DNA of 64,000 bases from Candidatus Anaerostipes excrementavium (GTDB lineage Bacteria > Bacillota > Clostridia > Lachnospirales > Lachnospiraceae), in NCBI GenBank assembly GCA_019114985.1, contig DXEM01000007.1, positions 21,077 to 85,076 of the forward strand. Reading direction: 5' to 3'. Positions within the stretch are counted from its first letter, which is position 1. Each line of letters opens with the position of its first letter. Below, one piece after another: positions 9,343 through 20,137 of this stretch. The notes under the pieces are model-generated. The model did not search any database, was not told where the DNA came from, and saw nothing but the letters and a program-made list of their open reading frames with translations. The position numbers were made by a program, and so were the translations under genes.

Positions 9343-11595
9343 CTACATGGCCTTATGGCAGGTTCTGGAAATCACATCCAGCTGCTGTTCTCTGGTAAGG
9401 TCAATGAATTTTACCGCATATCCGGAAACACGAATCGTAAAGTTTGCGTATTCCTCTTTCTCCGGATGTTCCATTGCGTCAATTAATTTTTCTTTTCCAA
9501 ACACGTTGACGTTTAAGTGATGTGCTCCCTGATCAAAGTATCCATCCATCACACGAACCAGGTTCTGAATTCTTTCCTGTTCCTCATGTCCTAAGGCATC
9601 CGGATTGATGGTCTGAGTATTGGAAATTCCATCCAGTGCCCATTCATATGGAAGTTTCGCCACAGAGTTTAAGGATGCCAAGAGACCATTTTGCTCCGCC
9701 CCGTAACTTGGGTTGGCCCCAGGCGCTAAAGGCTCTCCGGCCTTTCTTCCATCCGGCATGGACCCTGTTGCCTTGCCGTATACCACATTGGATGTAATGG
9801 TAAGAATGGATGTAGTAGGCTCAGAATCCCGATAGGTATGATGTTTCTCGATCTTCTCTAAGAAGGTGCGCAGCAGCCATACCGCAATCTCATCAGCTCG
9901 GTCATCGTCGTTTCCATATTTCGGGAAATCACCCTCTGTCTCATAGTCGCACGCAATTCCATTTTCATCACGAATAATTTTTACTTTGGCATATTTTGCG
10001 GCGCTTAGGGAATCGACCGCATGAGAAAATCCTGCAATTCCCGTGGCAAAAGTTCTTCGTACGTTCGTATCAATCAATGCCATCAAAGCTGATTCGTAGT
10101 AATATTTATCGTGCATATACTGGATCAGGTTCAGTGTATTGACATAGAGCCCTGCCAGCCAGTCCATCATTTGATCATATTTTGCCATCAGCTCATCATA
10201 ATCCAAATACTCGGATGTGATCGGCATGTATGCTGGTCCTACCTGTTCTTTCGTCTTCTCGTCCACTCCGCCGTTGACCGCATACAGCAGGCATTTTGCC
10301 AGATTGGCTCTTGCTCCAAAGAACTGCATTTCTTTTCCTGTCTGAGTTGCAGACACACAGCAGCAGATCGCATAGTCATCTCCCCAGATCGGTTTCATGA
10401 CATCATCGTTTTCATACTGTACGGAACTGGTTCGGATGGAAATATCTGCCGCATATTTTTTGAAGTTTTCCGGCAGATCAGAAGAATACAGAACCGTCAG
10501 GTTTGGTTCCGGTGACGGTCCCATGTTTTCCAAGGTATGAAGGAAACGGAAATCCGTCTTTGTCACCATGGAACGTCCGTCGACGCCGATTCCTGCCAAA
10601 TCCAGTGTTGCCCATACCGGATCTCCGGAGAACAGCTGATTATAAGAAGGAATTCTTGCGAATTTCACCATACGGAATTTCATCGTTAGATGATCGATCA
10701 GTTCCTGCGCTTCTTTTTCCGTTAAAATTCCTTTTTCCAAGTCTCTCTGAATATAAATATCCAGGAACGTTGCCACTCTTCCGATACTCATTGCCGCCCC
10801 GTTTTGTGTCTTAATTGCCGCAAGATAGGCAAAGTACATCCACTGAATTGCTTCTTTTGCATTCTCTGCCGGTCGGGAGATATCATATCCATAAATCTCT
10901 GCCATGGCTTTCATGCCCTTTAAGGCTTTTTTCTGCAAAGCAATTTCTTCCCGCAGACGAATCACGTCATCGGTCATCGTTCCGCATCCACAGTTGTCAA
11001 AATCTCTTTCTTTTTCTTCTAACAATAGATCGACACCATACAGCGCTACTCTTCGATAATCACCCACAATTCTTCCTCGTCCATAAGTATCCGGAAGCCC
11101 TGTGATGATCTTATTATGACGCGCTTTCTTCATTTCCGGTGTGTAGGCATCAAAAACCGCCTCATTATGAGTCCTTGCGTACTCTGTAAAAATCTTATGC
11201 AGCTCTTTCGCCGGTTCGTATCCATAATTTCGGCAGGACTCCTCTGCCATTTTGATTCCTCCAAACGGCATAAATGCTCGTTTCAGCGGTTTATCTGTCT
11301 GAAGACCTACAATCTTTTCCAGATCTTTTGTTTCTTCACTTATATATCCAGGGCCGTGAGACGTCAAACCAGATACCACATCCGTATCCATGTCCAAAAC
11401 GCCGCCTTTTGCCCTCTCTTCTTTCTGCAGCTGCTGCAGGATTCCCCACAGCTTATCTGTTGCTTCTGTCGGGTTTTCAAGAAAGCTCTCATCTCCGTCA
11501 TATGGCTGATAGTTTTCCTGAATGAAATCTCTTGTATTGATTTCTTCTTTCCAGAGCCTTCCCTGAAAACCTTCCCATTCTTTCATCTGCTTCAT
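9343..11595 (-). CDS. pflB: Formate C-acetyltransferase (pyruvate formate-lyase)
   Basis: AICCCVS active-site cysteines, C-terminal IRVSGYAV glycyl-radical motif, 750 aa. Confidence 0.97.
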   Translation of the reverse strand: MKQMKEWEGFQGRLWKEEINTRDFIQENYQPYDGDESFLENPTEATDKLWGILQQLQKEERAKGGVLDMDTDVVSGLTSHGPGYISEETKDLEKIVGLQTDKPLKRAFMPFGGIKMAEESCRNYGYEPAKELHKIFTEYARTHNEAVFDAYTPEMKKARHNKIITGLPDTYGRGRIVGDYRRVALYGVDLLLEEKERDFDNCGCGTMTDDVIRLREEIALQKKALKGMKAMAEIYGYDISRPAENAKEAIQWMYFAYLAAIKTQNGAAMSIGRVATFLDIYIQRDLEKGILTEKEAQELIDHLTMKFRMVKFARIPSYNQLFSGDPVWATLDLAGIGVDGRSMVTKTDFRFLHTLENMGPSPEPNLTVLYSSDLPENFKKYAADISIRTSSVQYENDDVMKPIWGDDYAICCCVSATQTGKEMQFFGARANLAKCLLYAVNGGVDEKTKEQVGPAYMPITSEYLDYDELMAKYDQMMDWLAGLYVNTLNLIQYMHDKYYYESALMALIDTNVRRTFATGIAGFSHAVDSLSAAKYAKVKIIRDENGIACDYETEGDFPKYGNDDDRADEIAVWLLRTFLEKIEKHHTYRDSEPTTSILTITSNVVYGKATGSMPDGRKAGEPLAPGANPSYGAEQNGLLASLNSVAKLPYEWALDGISNTQTINPDALGHEEQERIQNLVRVMDGYFDQGAHHLNVNVFGKEKLIDAMEHPEKEEYANFTIRVSGYAVKFIDLTREQQLDVISRTCHKAM

Positions 11596-11632
11596 GCGTT
11601 ACCTCCATTTCTCCAGATTTCTCTGTTTTATT

Positions 11633-11686
11633 TAGTTAGTTTTCGCTAACTACGTATAATTATATCACAGATAAAAATGAATACAA
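11633..11686 (-). promoter_or_regulatory. pflB promoter (TTGTAT-16-TATAAT) with a downstream palindrome TAGTTAG-N6-CTAACTA
   Basis: -10 at 11659-11664, -35 at 11681-11686, palindrome at 11633-11652. Confidence 0.5.
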
Positions 11687-11807
11687 TATACGTTTTTGAT
11701 GAATTTTATCAGTTTCTATTTTATTGATAGTTTTCCATTTTTTTCACTGTAAAAATTTTCTTTTTCTTGAAACTCTTGTAGTTTTCCTTTCATTATGATA
11801 TTCTAGG

Positions 11808-11819
11808 TTGTATAAACAA
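11808..11819. promoter_or_regulatory. TreR-type operator upstream of treR
   Basis: TTGTATAAACAA, matching the two sites upstream of treP. Confidence 0.55.
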
Positions 11820-11838
11820 GTGAAAAGAGGTGAAAGAA

Positions 11839-12579
11839 ATGGCCGCAGCAAAATATCATCATATCTACGAGATTTTGCGGGAGCGAATCGAATCAGAAGA
11901 ATATCCACGTTCCAGCACCCTTCCCTCTGAGCACACCCTGATTGAAGAATTTGACTGTTCCCGGAATACAATTCGCCGGGCGATCGGACTGCTTGCAGAG
12001 AATGGATATGTCCAGAGCCTCCAGGGAAAAGGCGTTAATATCATCTACCAGCCAAAGGATCAGTCCGAATTTTTGTTTGATGAGATTGAAAGTCTCAAAG
12101 AAGCCGCAACAAGAAATAAGAAAGATTATGAAACCAAAATTATCTGTTTTGCAGAGCTTACGGTAGATGAACGTATCAACCAGCGTACAGCTTTTCCTGT
12201 GGGGAAAGAGATCTATTACATCCAGCGAGTTCGCTATTTTAACGGAACTGCGCTGATTATCGACCACAATTATTTTCTAAAAGATATCGTCGGTGAATTA
12301 ACACCGGAGATTGCCCAGTATTCCATTTATGAATATATCGAAAAAACTCTGGGGGAGAAGATCGTCACCACCAAGCGGAAGATGACCGTGGAACGTATGA
12401 CCCAGATTGATGAGAAATATATGGATATGAAAGATTATAACTGTCTTGCTGTTGTCAGCAGCTGGACCTATAACGGAGACGGTATCATATTTGAATTTAC
12501 ACAGTCTCGGCATCGCCCTGATAAATTTGCTTTTTATGATCAGGCACAGCGCATGAAGCATCCGCATTATTCGACTTGA
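11839..12579 (+). CDS. treR: Trehalose operon repressor (GntR/UTRA)
   Basis: LPSEHTLIEEFDCSRNTIRRA, C-terminal FTQSRHRPDKF, adjacent to the trehalose PTS. Confidence 0.85.
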   Translation: MAAAKYHHIYEILRERIESEEYPRSSTLPSEHTLIEEFDCSRNTIRRAIGLLAENGYVQSLQGKGVNIIYQPKDQSEFLFDEIESLKEAATRNKKDYETKIICFAELTVDERINQRTAFPVGKEIYYIQRVRYFNGTALIIDHNYFLKDIVGELTPEIAQYSIYEYIEKTLGEKIVTTKRKMTVERMTQIDEKYMDMKDYNCLAVVSSWTYNGDGIIFEFTQSRHRPDKFAFYDQAQRMKHPHYST

Positions 12580-12609
12580 TTATACAAGTTAATTCTTTTA
12601 CTATGCTGT

Positions 12610-12647
12610 CAGGCAGCGGGTTTTTGGCCCATTGCCTGATTTTTTTT
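12610..12647 (+). terminator. Intrinsic terminator after treR
   Basis: CAGGCA...TGCCTG stem followed by a T-tract. Confidence 0.55.
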
Positions 12648-12665
12648 ATTTTTTGAAATCAGGCA

Positions 12666-12727
12666 TTGACAAACATGTTTAAACAAGCTATAATAACATC
12701 ATCAAGTAAAACTTGTTTAAACAAGGT
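12666..12727 (+). promoter_or_regulatory. Consensus sigma-A promoter of treP with two TreR operators
   Basis: TTGACA (12666)-17 bp-TATAAT (12689); ATGTTTAAACAA in the spacer and TTGTTTAAACAA at ~12713-12724. Confidence 0.8.
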
Positions 12728-12757
12728 GAAGTTTTTAAGAAAAACGGAGGTAAAAAT

Positions 12758-14689
12758 ATGGGAAAATTTACAGATGAATGCCGCCAATTGCTTGATCTCG
12801 TCGGCGGTAAAGAAAACATCGCAGCAGTTACTCACTGTGTCACAAGAATGCGTTTTGTTCTTGCGGATCCGAAACTTGCCGATATCGAGGCAATCGAAGC
12901 TCTTCCAACCACAAAGGGTACATTCACACAGGCTGGACAGTTCCAGGTTATCATTGGAAACGAAGTCAGTACATACTACAATGACTTCGTAGCTGTTGCA
13001 GGTATCGAAGGAGTTTCTAAAGAAGCTGCAAAAGACGCTGCAAAATCCAATCAGACAACATTGCAGAGATTAATGGCAAACCTTGCTGAAATCTTTTCAC
13101 CATTGATTCCGGCCATTATCACAGGTGGTTTGATCTTAGGCTTCCGAAACATCATCGGTGAAGTTTACATGTTTGGTGATGGAACTCAGTCTCTGATCCA
13201 GACATCCGTCCTTTGGAATGGAATTTACAACTTCTTATGGCTGATCGGTGAAGCGATTTTCCACTTCCTGCCAGTATCTATCGTTTGGTCTATTACGAAG
13301 AAGATGGGTACCAGCCAGGCACTCGGTATCGTACTTGGTATCACATTGGTATCTCCACAGCTGTTAAACGCTTACAGTGTTGCTTCTACCGCTGCAGCGG
13401 ATATTCCAAAATGGGATTTCGGTTTTGCACAGGTTGATATGATCGGTTATCAGGCTCAGGTACTTCCTGCGATCCTTGCCGGATTTGTTCTGGTATATTT
13501 GGAGCGTTTCTTCCGCAAAATATGTCCGGCTGTCGTCTCTATGATTGTTGTACCGTTCTGCTCTCTTCTGCTCGCAGTTATGGTTGCACATTTCATCGTA
13601 GGACCAATCGGATGGGCAATCGGTACAGCAGTTTCTGATGTTGTAAATGCCGGTCTTACATCCAATGTGAAGAGTCTGTTCGGTGCAGTCTTCGGATTTG
13701 TTTACGCACCATTGGTTATCACCGGACTCCATCATATGAGTAACGCCATTGACCTTCAGCTGATTGCTGACTTCGGCGGAACAACACTTTGGCCAATGAT
13801 CGCTCTTTCCAACATTGCACAGGGTTCTGCAGTACTTGGAATGATCTTTTTGCAGAAACATGATGAACAGGCAAAAGAAGTATCCATCCCAGCTTGCATC
13901 TCCTGCTACCTTGGTGTAACAGAGCCGGCTCTCTTCGGTGTAAACCTTAAATATGGATTCCCATTCTTATGTGGTATGATCGGTTCTGCCATTGCCGGAT
14001 GCATCGCAGTAACAACAGGCGTCACAGCAAACGCCATCGGTGTCGGCGGTCTCCCTGGAATCCTTTCCATTCAGCCGAAATTTATGGTACTGTTTGCCAT
14101 TTGTGCTGCCATCGCAATCGCTGTACCTTTGATTTTAACGCTTACTGTTGGTAAGAAAAAAGGAGTTTCCAGCGATGCGGCTCCTGCAGAAGACAGCGCA
14201 GCTCCTGCAGAACAGGCAGAGATTCCATCAGGTGAAGTTCACGAATTAAAAGCATACCTGACAGGAAAAACTGTAGCAATCGAAGATGTACCGGATGCCG
14301 TGTTCTCAAGCAAAACATTAGGTGACGGTATGGCAATCGATCCGGAAAATGAAGTATTAACCGCTCCTGCAGACGGTACCGTAACAATCGTCATGGAAGG
14401 AAGCAATCATGCCTGCGGACTTCGCTTCGCAAACGGTATGGAAATCCTGCTCCACATCGGTTTGGACACCGTAGCAATGAACGGTGACGGATTTGAGCCT
14501 CTTGTAAAAGTCGGCGATATTGTAAAAGCCGGAGATCCATTGATCCGCTTTAGCCAAGAGAAAATCAAGGCAGCCGGACATCCGGCAATGACCATTATGG
14601 TAGTAACGGAAATGGGCGAAGCAAAAGATATCAGCTTCCTTACAGGAAACCAGGTTGATGCAAACGCATCCGTTATTGCAAATCTCTAA
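12758..14689 (+). CDS. treP: PTS trehalose-type EIIBCA
   Basis: HCVTRMRF EIIB Cys, ITGLHHM EIIC motif, C-terminal EIIA LLHIGLDTV; next to treR. Confidence 0.85.
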   Translation: MGKFTDECRQLLDLVGGKENIAAVTHCVTRMRFVLADPKLADIEAIEALPTTKGTFTQAGQFQVIIGNEVSTYYNDFVAVAGIEGVSKEAAKDAAKSNQTTLQRLMANLAEIFSPLIPAIITGGLILGFRNIIGEVYMFGDGTQSLIQTSVLWNGIYNFLWLIGEAIFHFLPVSIVWSITKKMGTSQALGIVLGITLVSPQLLNAYSVASTAAADIPKWDFGFAQVDMIGYQAQVLPAILAGFVLVYLERFFRKICPAVVSMIVVPFCSLLLAVMVAHFIVGPIGWAIGTAVSDVVNAGLTSNVKSLFGAVFGFVYAPLVITGLHHMSNAIDLQLIADFGGTTLWPMIALSNIAQGSAVLGMIFLQKHDEQAKEVSIPACISCYLGVTEPALFGVNLKYGFPFLCGMIGSAIAGCIAVTTGVTANAIGVGGLPGILSIQPKFMVLFAICAAIAIAVPLILTLTVGKKKGVSSDAAPAEDSAAPAEQAEIPSGEVHELKAYLTGKTVAIEDVPDAVFSSKTLGDGMAIDPENEVLTAPADGTVTIVMEGSNHACGLRFANGMEILLHIGLDTVAMNGDGFEPLVKVGDIVKAGDPLIRFSQEKIKAAGHPAMTIMVVTEMGEAKDISFLTGNQVDANASVIANL

Positions 14690-14860
14690 TCTATGTGCAG
14701 TACATGGTGATTTGGGACAGCTTTTTCCTGCCGCAGATTTACAGAAGCCGAAGAACCTATCGTTTTCACAAATCTCTCCGGAATCTCTGTGTCAACGGCT
14801 CAGGAATTTCCTTCCATATCATTGGTTAGGTCCCAGATCATAAACGAAAATTTCCCTTTC

Positions 14861-14903
14861 AAAAAAATCAGGACTCATCTTTTCAAGATGATCCTGATTT
14901 TTT
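14861..14903. terminator. Bidirectional terminator between treP and citrate synthase
   Basis: A7-TCAGGA...TCCTGA-T6. Confidence 0.7.
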
Positions 14904-14921
14904 ATATTTCTATTCTATTTT

Positions 14922-16277
14922 CTATCGATCTTCCAAATCTATATATGTTTTCTCCTCTCCAACGCTCATATAAGCCGGACGAATAATCTTATCGACGTTG
15001 GTCAGTTCTTCCAGACGGTGTGCGCTCCATCCCACGATTCTGGCCATTGCGAAGATCGGTGTGAACAATTCCAATGGAATATCCAGCATACTATACACAA
15101 ATCCGCTGTAGAAGTCCACATTTGCGCTGACGCCTTTATAAATTTGACGCTCTCTTCCGATTACTTCCGGAGCCAGTGTTTCGACCATAGAATATAATTT
15201 GAAATCTTCTTCTCTTCCTTTATCCACTGCCAGCTTCTGAACAAATTCCTTAAAAATCTGCGCCCTCGGATCAGAGATGCTGTAAACTGCATGTCCCATA
15301 CCGTAAATTAATCCTTTTTGATCAAATGCTTCCTTATGCAGCAGCTTCTTTAAATATGCTTCTACTTGTTCCTGATCTTCCATGTCTTCCACATGTTCTC
15401 TCAAATCCCGCATCATTTCCACGACTTTAATATTAGCTCCTCCATGCTTTGGTCCTTTTAAGGAAGATAATGCCGCAGAAATAACAGAGTAAGTATCGGA
15501 TCCGGCAGAAGTTACGACATGAGTCGTAAATGTGGAATTATTTCCTCCGCCATGTTCCATATGAAGCACCAGCGCAAGATCCAGCACCTTTGCCTCCAAT
15601 GGCGTGAAGGACTTGTCCGGACGCAGCAGTCTTAATATATTCTCTGCCATAGATGCGTTAGGATCCGGGCGGTGAATATATAAACTGTCGTCGTTATTAT
15701 AATGATTATGAGCATGATACCCGTAGACAGCCAACATCGGAAAGACACTGATCAGCATCAGACATTGACGCAGAACATTTTCCATCGTTATATCCGATGC
15801 ATCGTCGTCATAGGACGCTAAAGTAAGAACTCCTTTCGTCAGCGAATTCATAATATCACTGCTTGGCGCTTTTAAAATAACATCTCTTGTAAAATTCTTC
15901 GGCAGAGTCATCCCTGATGACAAAATATGACGGAATTCATCCAGTTCTTTTTTATCTGCTAATTTCCCAAATAGCAAAAGATAAGCAATTTCTTCAAATC
16001 CATATCGGTTCCCGGAAAGAAATCCTCCTACCAAATCTTTTATATCATATCCACGGTAAAACAACCTTCCTTCACATGGCACCTTTTTCCCGTCTGCCAT
16101 CTTACTGGACTGGATATTCGAAATATTGGTAAGCCCTGCCAGGACGCCGACACCATCCATATCGCGCAGGCCTCTTTTCACTCCTAATTCTTCATATAAT
16201 TCTTTCTCAATCTCACAATTATCACGGCAAACAGCTGCCTGACGTTTCAGATAATTTCCATATGCTTCGATACTCAT
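14922..16277 (-). CDS. gltA: Citrate synthase
   Basis: HGGGNNSTFT, GPKHGGAN, GMGHAVY, ANVDFYSG motifs; SD before MSIEAY. Confidence 0.9.
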   Translation of the reverse strand: MSIEAYGNYLKRQAAVCRDNCEIEKELYEELGVKRGLRDMDGVGVLAGLTNISNIQSSKMADGKKVPCEGRLFYRGYDIKDLVGGFLSGNRYGFEEIAYLLLFGKLADKKELDEFRHILSSGMTLPKNFTRDVILKAPSSDIMNSLTKGVLTLASYDDDASDITMENVLRQCLMLISVFPMLAVYGYHAHNHYNNDDSLYIHRPDPNASMAENILRLLRPDKSFTPLEAKVLDLALVLHMEHGGGNNSTFTTHVVTSAGSDTYSVISAALSSLKGPKHGGANIKVVEMMRDLREHVEDMEDQEQVEAYLKKLLHKEAFDQKGLIYGMGHAVYSISDPRAQIFKEFVQKLAVDKGREEDFKLYSMVETLAPEVIGRERQIYKGVSANVDFYSGFVYSMLDIPLELFTPIFAMARIVGWSAHRLEELTNVDKIIRPAYMSVGEEKTYIDLEDR

Positions 16278-16326
16278 CGTTGTTTGTCTCCTCCTTACGT
16301 CCAAATTGTTGATATTTATCAAAATA

Positions 16327-16386
16327 ATTCTACGTTATTAATTGACATTTGTCAACCATTGACCTTCGTGAACAGCGTGTTATAAT
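16327..16386. promoter_or_regulatory. Divergent gltA/marR promoters with a TTGACA-TT-TGTCAA palindrome
   Basis: Minus strand TTGACA-17-TAGAAT; plus strand TTGACC-16-TATAAT; palindrome at 16342-16355. Confidence 0.6.
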
Positions 16387-16417
16387 AAAAACATCAGATA
16401 AGGAGGATCTATCATTT

Positions 16418-16858
16418 ATGAAAAATATCTCTGCGCTTATGGAAATATTTCCGGCTGTGCAAAAACTACTGTTTAACACCATTGATCTGCATTCGATTGC
16501 TTTGACCAGGACTCAAATGTTCATCTTATTCGCTCTCTCCAGCCACAAAAGTTTAAACATGTCCCAGATTTCTTCCTACATTGCCTCCTCCAAAGAACAG
16601 GCGACCCGCGCAGTCGCGCCTTTGGTAAAATACGGATACGTGCAGAAGTTCCATATGGGGGACAATCGCCGAAAAGTCTACGTTTGTCTGACTCCTCAGG
16701 GAAAAGAGTTTATTGAACAAGAACAACGTCTCGTGAAGGATCGTCTCGCAGGCAAATTCGATCTTCTCTCAGAGGATGACAAGACTGCTTTTTATCATGC
16801 GGTTGACGATATTTTACATATTCTTCGGAAATTAGAAAACGACACAAACTTATCTTGA
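16418..16858 (+). CDS. MarR-family regulator
   Basis: SD AGGAGG before ATG 16418; wHTH pattern and DNRRKVYVCLTPQG wing motif. Confidence 0.85.
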   Translation: MKNISALMEIFPAVQKLLFNTIDLHSIALTRTQMFILFALSSHKSLNMSQISSYIASSKEQATRAVAPLVKYGYVQKFHMGDNRRKVYVCLTPQGKEFIEQEQRLVKDRLAGKFDLLSEDDKTAFYHAVDDILHILRKLENDTNLS

Positions 16859-16880
16859 AAAACAAAGGAGGAACTTTCCT

Positions 16881-17762
16881 ATGAAAGCTGATTTACACTG
16901 CCACACCGTTTTGTCTGACGGAGCAATGGATCTTGACCAGCTCTTTTGCTATGCCAAAAGAATTGATTTGGACTATATCGCCGTCACAGATCATGAATCT
17001 GCACATTCCATTCCCGCTGCTTTGGAACTTGGGCGCCAGCTGGATTTAAATGTTATCCCCGGAGCCGAGATTACTGCCCGGCACAAAGAGACCGGCATTA
17101 ATGTCCATCTTCTGTGCTACTATCCGGCAGATACCAAACGGCTTCAAAAAAAATTGGACAAAGATCTCAAGCTTTTTTCGGAATCTGTGGTTCATTCTTA
17201 TCAAACACTGATGGATGAATATCCAGTCACCATGGAACAATTATATGATGCGGCACGCCAAAGTACCGGCATCTATTATACCCATATTATGCAGGTCTTA
17301 TCCCTTATGGGCTATACCGGACATCCAATCGGTGAACTTCATCAGAAACTGTTTTCTCCAGGCAGTCCCCACAAGTTCCCTACTGACTACATGTATGCTG
17401 ACGAAGCCATTGATCTGATCCGTTCCTGCGGCGGAGTTCCGGTTCTCGCTCATCCGGGACAATATAAGAATCCGGAACTGATGGAAATGATGGCCCAGGA
17501 GCACATGATCGACGGCATCGAACTATATCATCCCCGGAATGATCAAACAACCATGGATCAGATTCAGTCGATCTGCAAAGAACATGATCTGTTCATGACC
17601 GGAGGGACCGATTTTCATGGATTATATACAAAAACCCCTTACCCGCTGGGCAGTTTCTTATGTCCGCAGGAAGGTCTGGAACGCCTGATCCTCGCCGGAA
17701 AGCAGGCAAATGAAGCCTTTCATAAGAAAAAAGGAAAGGATATCCGCCCTGATGAAGCATAG
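16881..17762 (+). CDS. PHP-domain phosphoesterase (YciV/TrpH-like)
   Basis: DLHCHTVLSDG, AVTDHE, PVLAHP, TGGTDFHG. Confidence 0.88.
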   Translation: MKADLHCHTVLSDGAMDLDQLFCYAKRIDLDYIAVTDHESAHSIPAALELGRQLDLNVIPGAEITARHKETGINVHLLCYYPADTKRLQKKLDKDLKLFSESVVHSYQTLMDEYPVTMEQLYDAARQSTGIYYTHIMQVLSLMGYTGHPIGELHQKLFSPGSPHKFPTDYMYADEAIDLIRSCGGVPVLAHPGQYKNPELMEMMAQEHMIDGIELYHPRNDQTTMDQIQSICKEHDLFMTGGTDFHGLYTKTPYPLGSFLCPQEGLERLILAGKQANEAFHKKKGKDIRPDEA

Positions 17763-17789
17763 CATCAGGGCATTTTCCCTTCCTTTTTT

Positions 17790-19199
17790 CTATTCTTGTT
17801 CTTCCCACTGTTTCAGAATGCTCTTTGCAGCGCTCAGCCCATTGGCCGATGCCTGCTGAAGCCCTCTGGTAACCGAAGCGCCGTCTCCGACTGCACGGAG
17901 ACCTTTCACATTGGTCTCAAAATCCTCATTCACCAAAATCTTATTGGAATAAAATTTCACTTCTACCCCGTAAAGGAGGGTTTCATCGCTTGCCATTCCA
18001 GGCGTCACCTCATCGAGAGCATATATCATTTCCTCTATATCTTTCATGATTCTATAGGGAAACACTAAAGATAGATCCCCCGGAACTGCGTCTTTTAGCG
18101 TTGGTGTAATATTATTTCTGATCAGACGCTCTTCTGTCGTCCTTCTTCCGCGGATAAAATCTCCGAAACGCTGCACCAGGATCTTTCCATCACAAAGCAT
18201 ATTGCTAAGCTGGGCAATGTGTTTTCCATATTGGATCGGCTCTTTGAACGGTTTCGTAAAATTCTTCGATACCAGCAGAGCAAAATTCGTATTGCTGGTC
18301 TTGTGATCTTTCGCCTTATAGGCATGACCGTTGACGACTGCCAGGCCGTTTTCGTAATATTCTGTCGCAACCTCTCCGGACGGATTGCTGCAAAAGACTC
18401 TTACTTTATCATCAAACGTCGGTGTATAGTAGACCAGCTTCGCCTCATAAAGACTCTGATTCAGCTCTTCCATAATCTCGTCCCGAACCTCGACCCTGAC
18501 GCCTACATCTACCGTTCCGACCTGGGTCTCAATCCCATATTTCCGACAAAGATCACTCAGCCATTCCGAACCTTCTCTTCCGACGGCAGCTACAATCTCA
18601 TCGGCCGTAAATGTCTCATTTTTGTCCGTAACAACTCCTTTTGCACGGCCATCTTCGATGATAATATCTTCCACCATAGTCTGGAATCTCATTTCCACAC
18701 CGCGATCCAACAGATATTCCTGAAGTCTGGAATAAATTTTATATCCTTCTTCCGTACCTAAATGGCGAATGGGACATTCAATCAATTTCAAATTCGCCTG
18801 GATCGCCTTTTTTCGGATTCCGGCAATCTCAGCTTCCCGATGAATACCGTAAACTTTTGTATCTGCGCCGAATTTTAAATAAATCTGATCGGATTCTTTT
18901 AAAAGCTCTGTGGTACGGTCATATCCCAGGATCTCCGGCAGATTCCCTCCTACATCCGGAGACAAAGATAATTTTCCATCGGAAAATGCCCCGGCCCCGG
19001 CAAATCCTGTTGTAATGGAACATGGCTGGCATCCTACGCAAACATTGGTATCTCGTTTCGGACATCTCCGATCCTCAATGCGCCTGCCTTTCTCAATCAT
19101 TAAGACCTTCGTTTTCGGACGTTTGCCGATCAATTCATAAGCGCAAAAGATTGCCGATGGTCCGGCACCAATCATGATGACATCGTAATGATGTTTCAT
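17790..19199 (-). CDS. FAD-dependent oxidoreductase (uncharacterised, COG2509-like)
   Basis: IGAGPSA, GFAGAGAFSDGK, GVEVKFYS, VGDGASVTRGL. Confidence 0.85.
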   Translation of the reverse strand: MKHHYDVIMIGAGPSAIFCAYELIGKRPKTKVLMIEKGRRIEDRRCPKRDTNVCVGCQPCSITTGFAGAGAFSDGKLSLSPDVGGNLPEILGYDRTTELLKESDQIYLKFGADTKVYGIHREAEIAGIRKKAIQANLKLIECPIRHLGTEEGYKIYSRLQEYLLDRGVEMRFQTMVEDIIIEDGRAKGVVTDKNETFTADEIVAAVGREGSEWLSDLCRKYGIETQVGTVDVGVRVEVRDEIMEELNQSLYEAKLVYYTPTFDDKVRVFCSNPSGEVATEYYENGLAVVNGHAYKAKDHKTSNTNFALLVSKNFTKPFKEPIQYGKHIAQLSNMLCDGKILVQRFGDFIRGRRTTEERLIRNNITPTLKDAVPGDLSLVFPYRIMKDIEEMIYALDEVTPGMASDETLLYGVEVKFYSNKILVNEDFETNVKGLRAVGDGASVTRGLQQASANGLSAAKSILKQWEEQE

Positions 19200-19204
19200 T
19201 GCAA

Positions 19205-20137
19205 TCACCTCTCATTTTTCTGGATAAAATGTTTGATCCTTCGTCTTCCTTCTTCTCTGTCATAGGAGAACGCCAGCGCATGAGCCGCCCCCGGAACAAT
19301 ATAAAGTTCCTTTGGCGCTGCACAGGCCTGATAATTCCGATAAGTCATCCACATTGGAACATATCGGTCTTTATCTCCATGGATAAATAAAACCGGGATC
19401 TTATTTTTCTTCATTGCTTCTTCTGCGGATGCTTCTTTCAGGCTGAATCCCGCTGCAATACGGCAGATTGCATTCACAAAAAACATCAGCGGATACGGCG
19501 GAAGATGATATTTCTTCCTTACGACATGACAGACAATCTCCCAGGGAGATGTAAATCCGCAGTCCGCAATGATTCCTCTGACATTTTTCGGAAGTTTCAA
19601 TCCTGCTGTCATAAGCACCGTAGCACATCCCATAGAAATTCCGCAGAGGAAAATATCCTTTTCTTTCGCTCCAAGCTGACTATTCGCATATTGTATCCAT
19701 TTTCTGCAGTCATACCGTTCTTTTACACCGTAAGTGATATAGCGGCCTTCACTTTGACCATGGCTTCGCTGCCACGGAAGCAGGATCTCATACCCCAGAT
19801 TCCAAAGGAATCGGATTTCCGGAACAAATTCAATATCTACCTCTGAATGATATCCATGCATGCATATAATAATACCTTTTGCATTTTTCCTTGGAATATA
19901 CATCGCACGAAGTTTTAATCCGTCTGCTGATAAAATCTCCTGCCTTCTTCCTCTGTGGCGTTTCAGCCAATTTTGTTCCTTTAATACAAACTCCAGATAT
20001 GGCTTCCACTTTTTCTTCCGTCTGACATCCGGCCGTTTCTTCTTTCTGCAGATTGCGTATTCAAACGTTGACACAGAAAGCACGCTAAAAGAGGCAATGA
20101 TTCCAGCCAATGTATTTCTAACAGTCTTTCGTTTCAT
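19205..20137 (-). CDS. Alpha/beta hydrolase with an N-terminal membrane anchor
   Basis: HGY, GISMG nucleophile elbow, FIHGDKD, GAAH. Confidence 0.85.
   Translation of the reverse strand: MKRKTVRNTLAGIIASFSVLSVSTFEYAICRKKKRPDVRRKKKWKPYLEFVLKEQNWLKRHRGRRQEILSADGLKLRAMYIPRKNAKGIIICMHGYHSEVDIEFVPEIRFLWNLGYEILLPWQRSHGQSEGRYITYGVKERYDCRKWIQYANSQLGAKEKDIFLCGISMGCATVLMTAGLKLPKNVRGIIADCGFTSPWEIVCHVVRKKYHLPPYPLMFFVNAICRIAAGFSLKEASAEEAMKKNKIPVLFIHGDKDRYVPMWMTYRNYQACAAPKELYIVPGAAHALAFSYDREEGRRRIKHFIQKNER

Noticed and set aside
14690-14860. Possible small ORF or treC remnant after treP
   Set aside because: No frame gave a recognisable glycoside-hydrolase sequence or a good SD.
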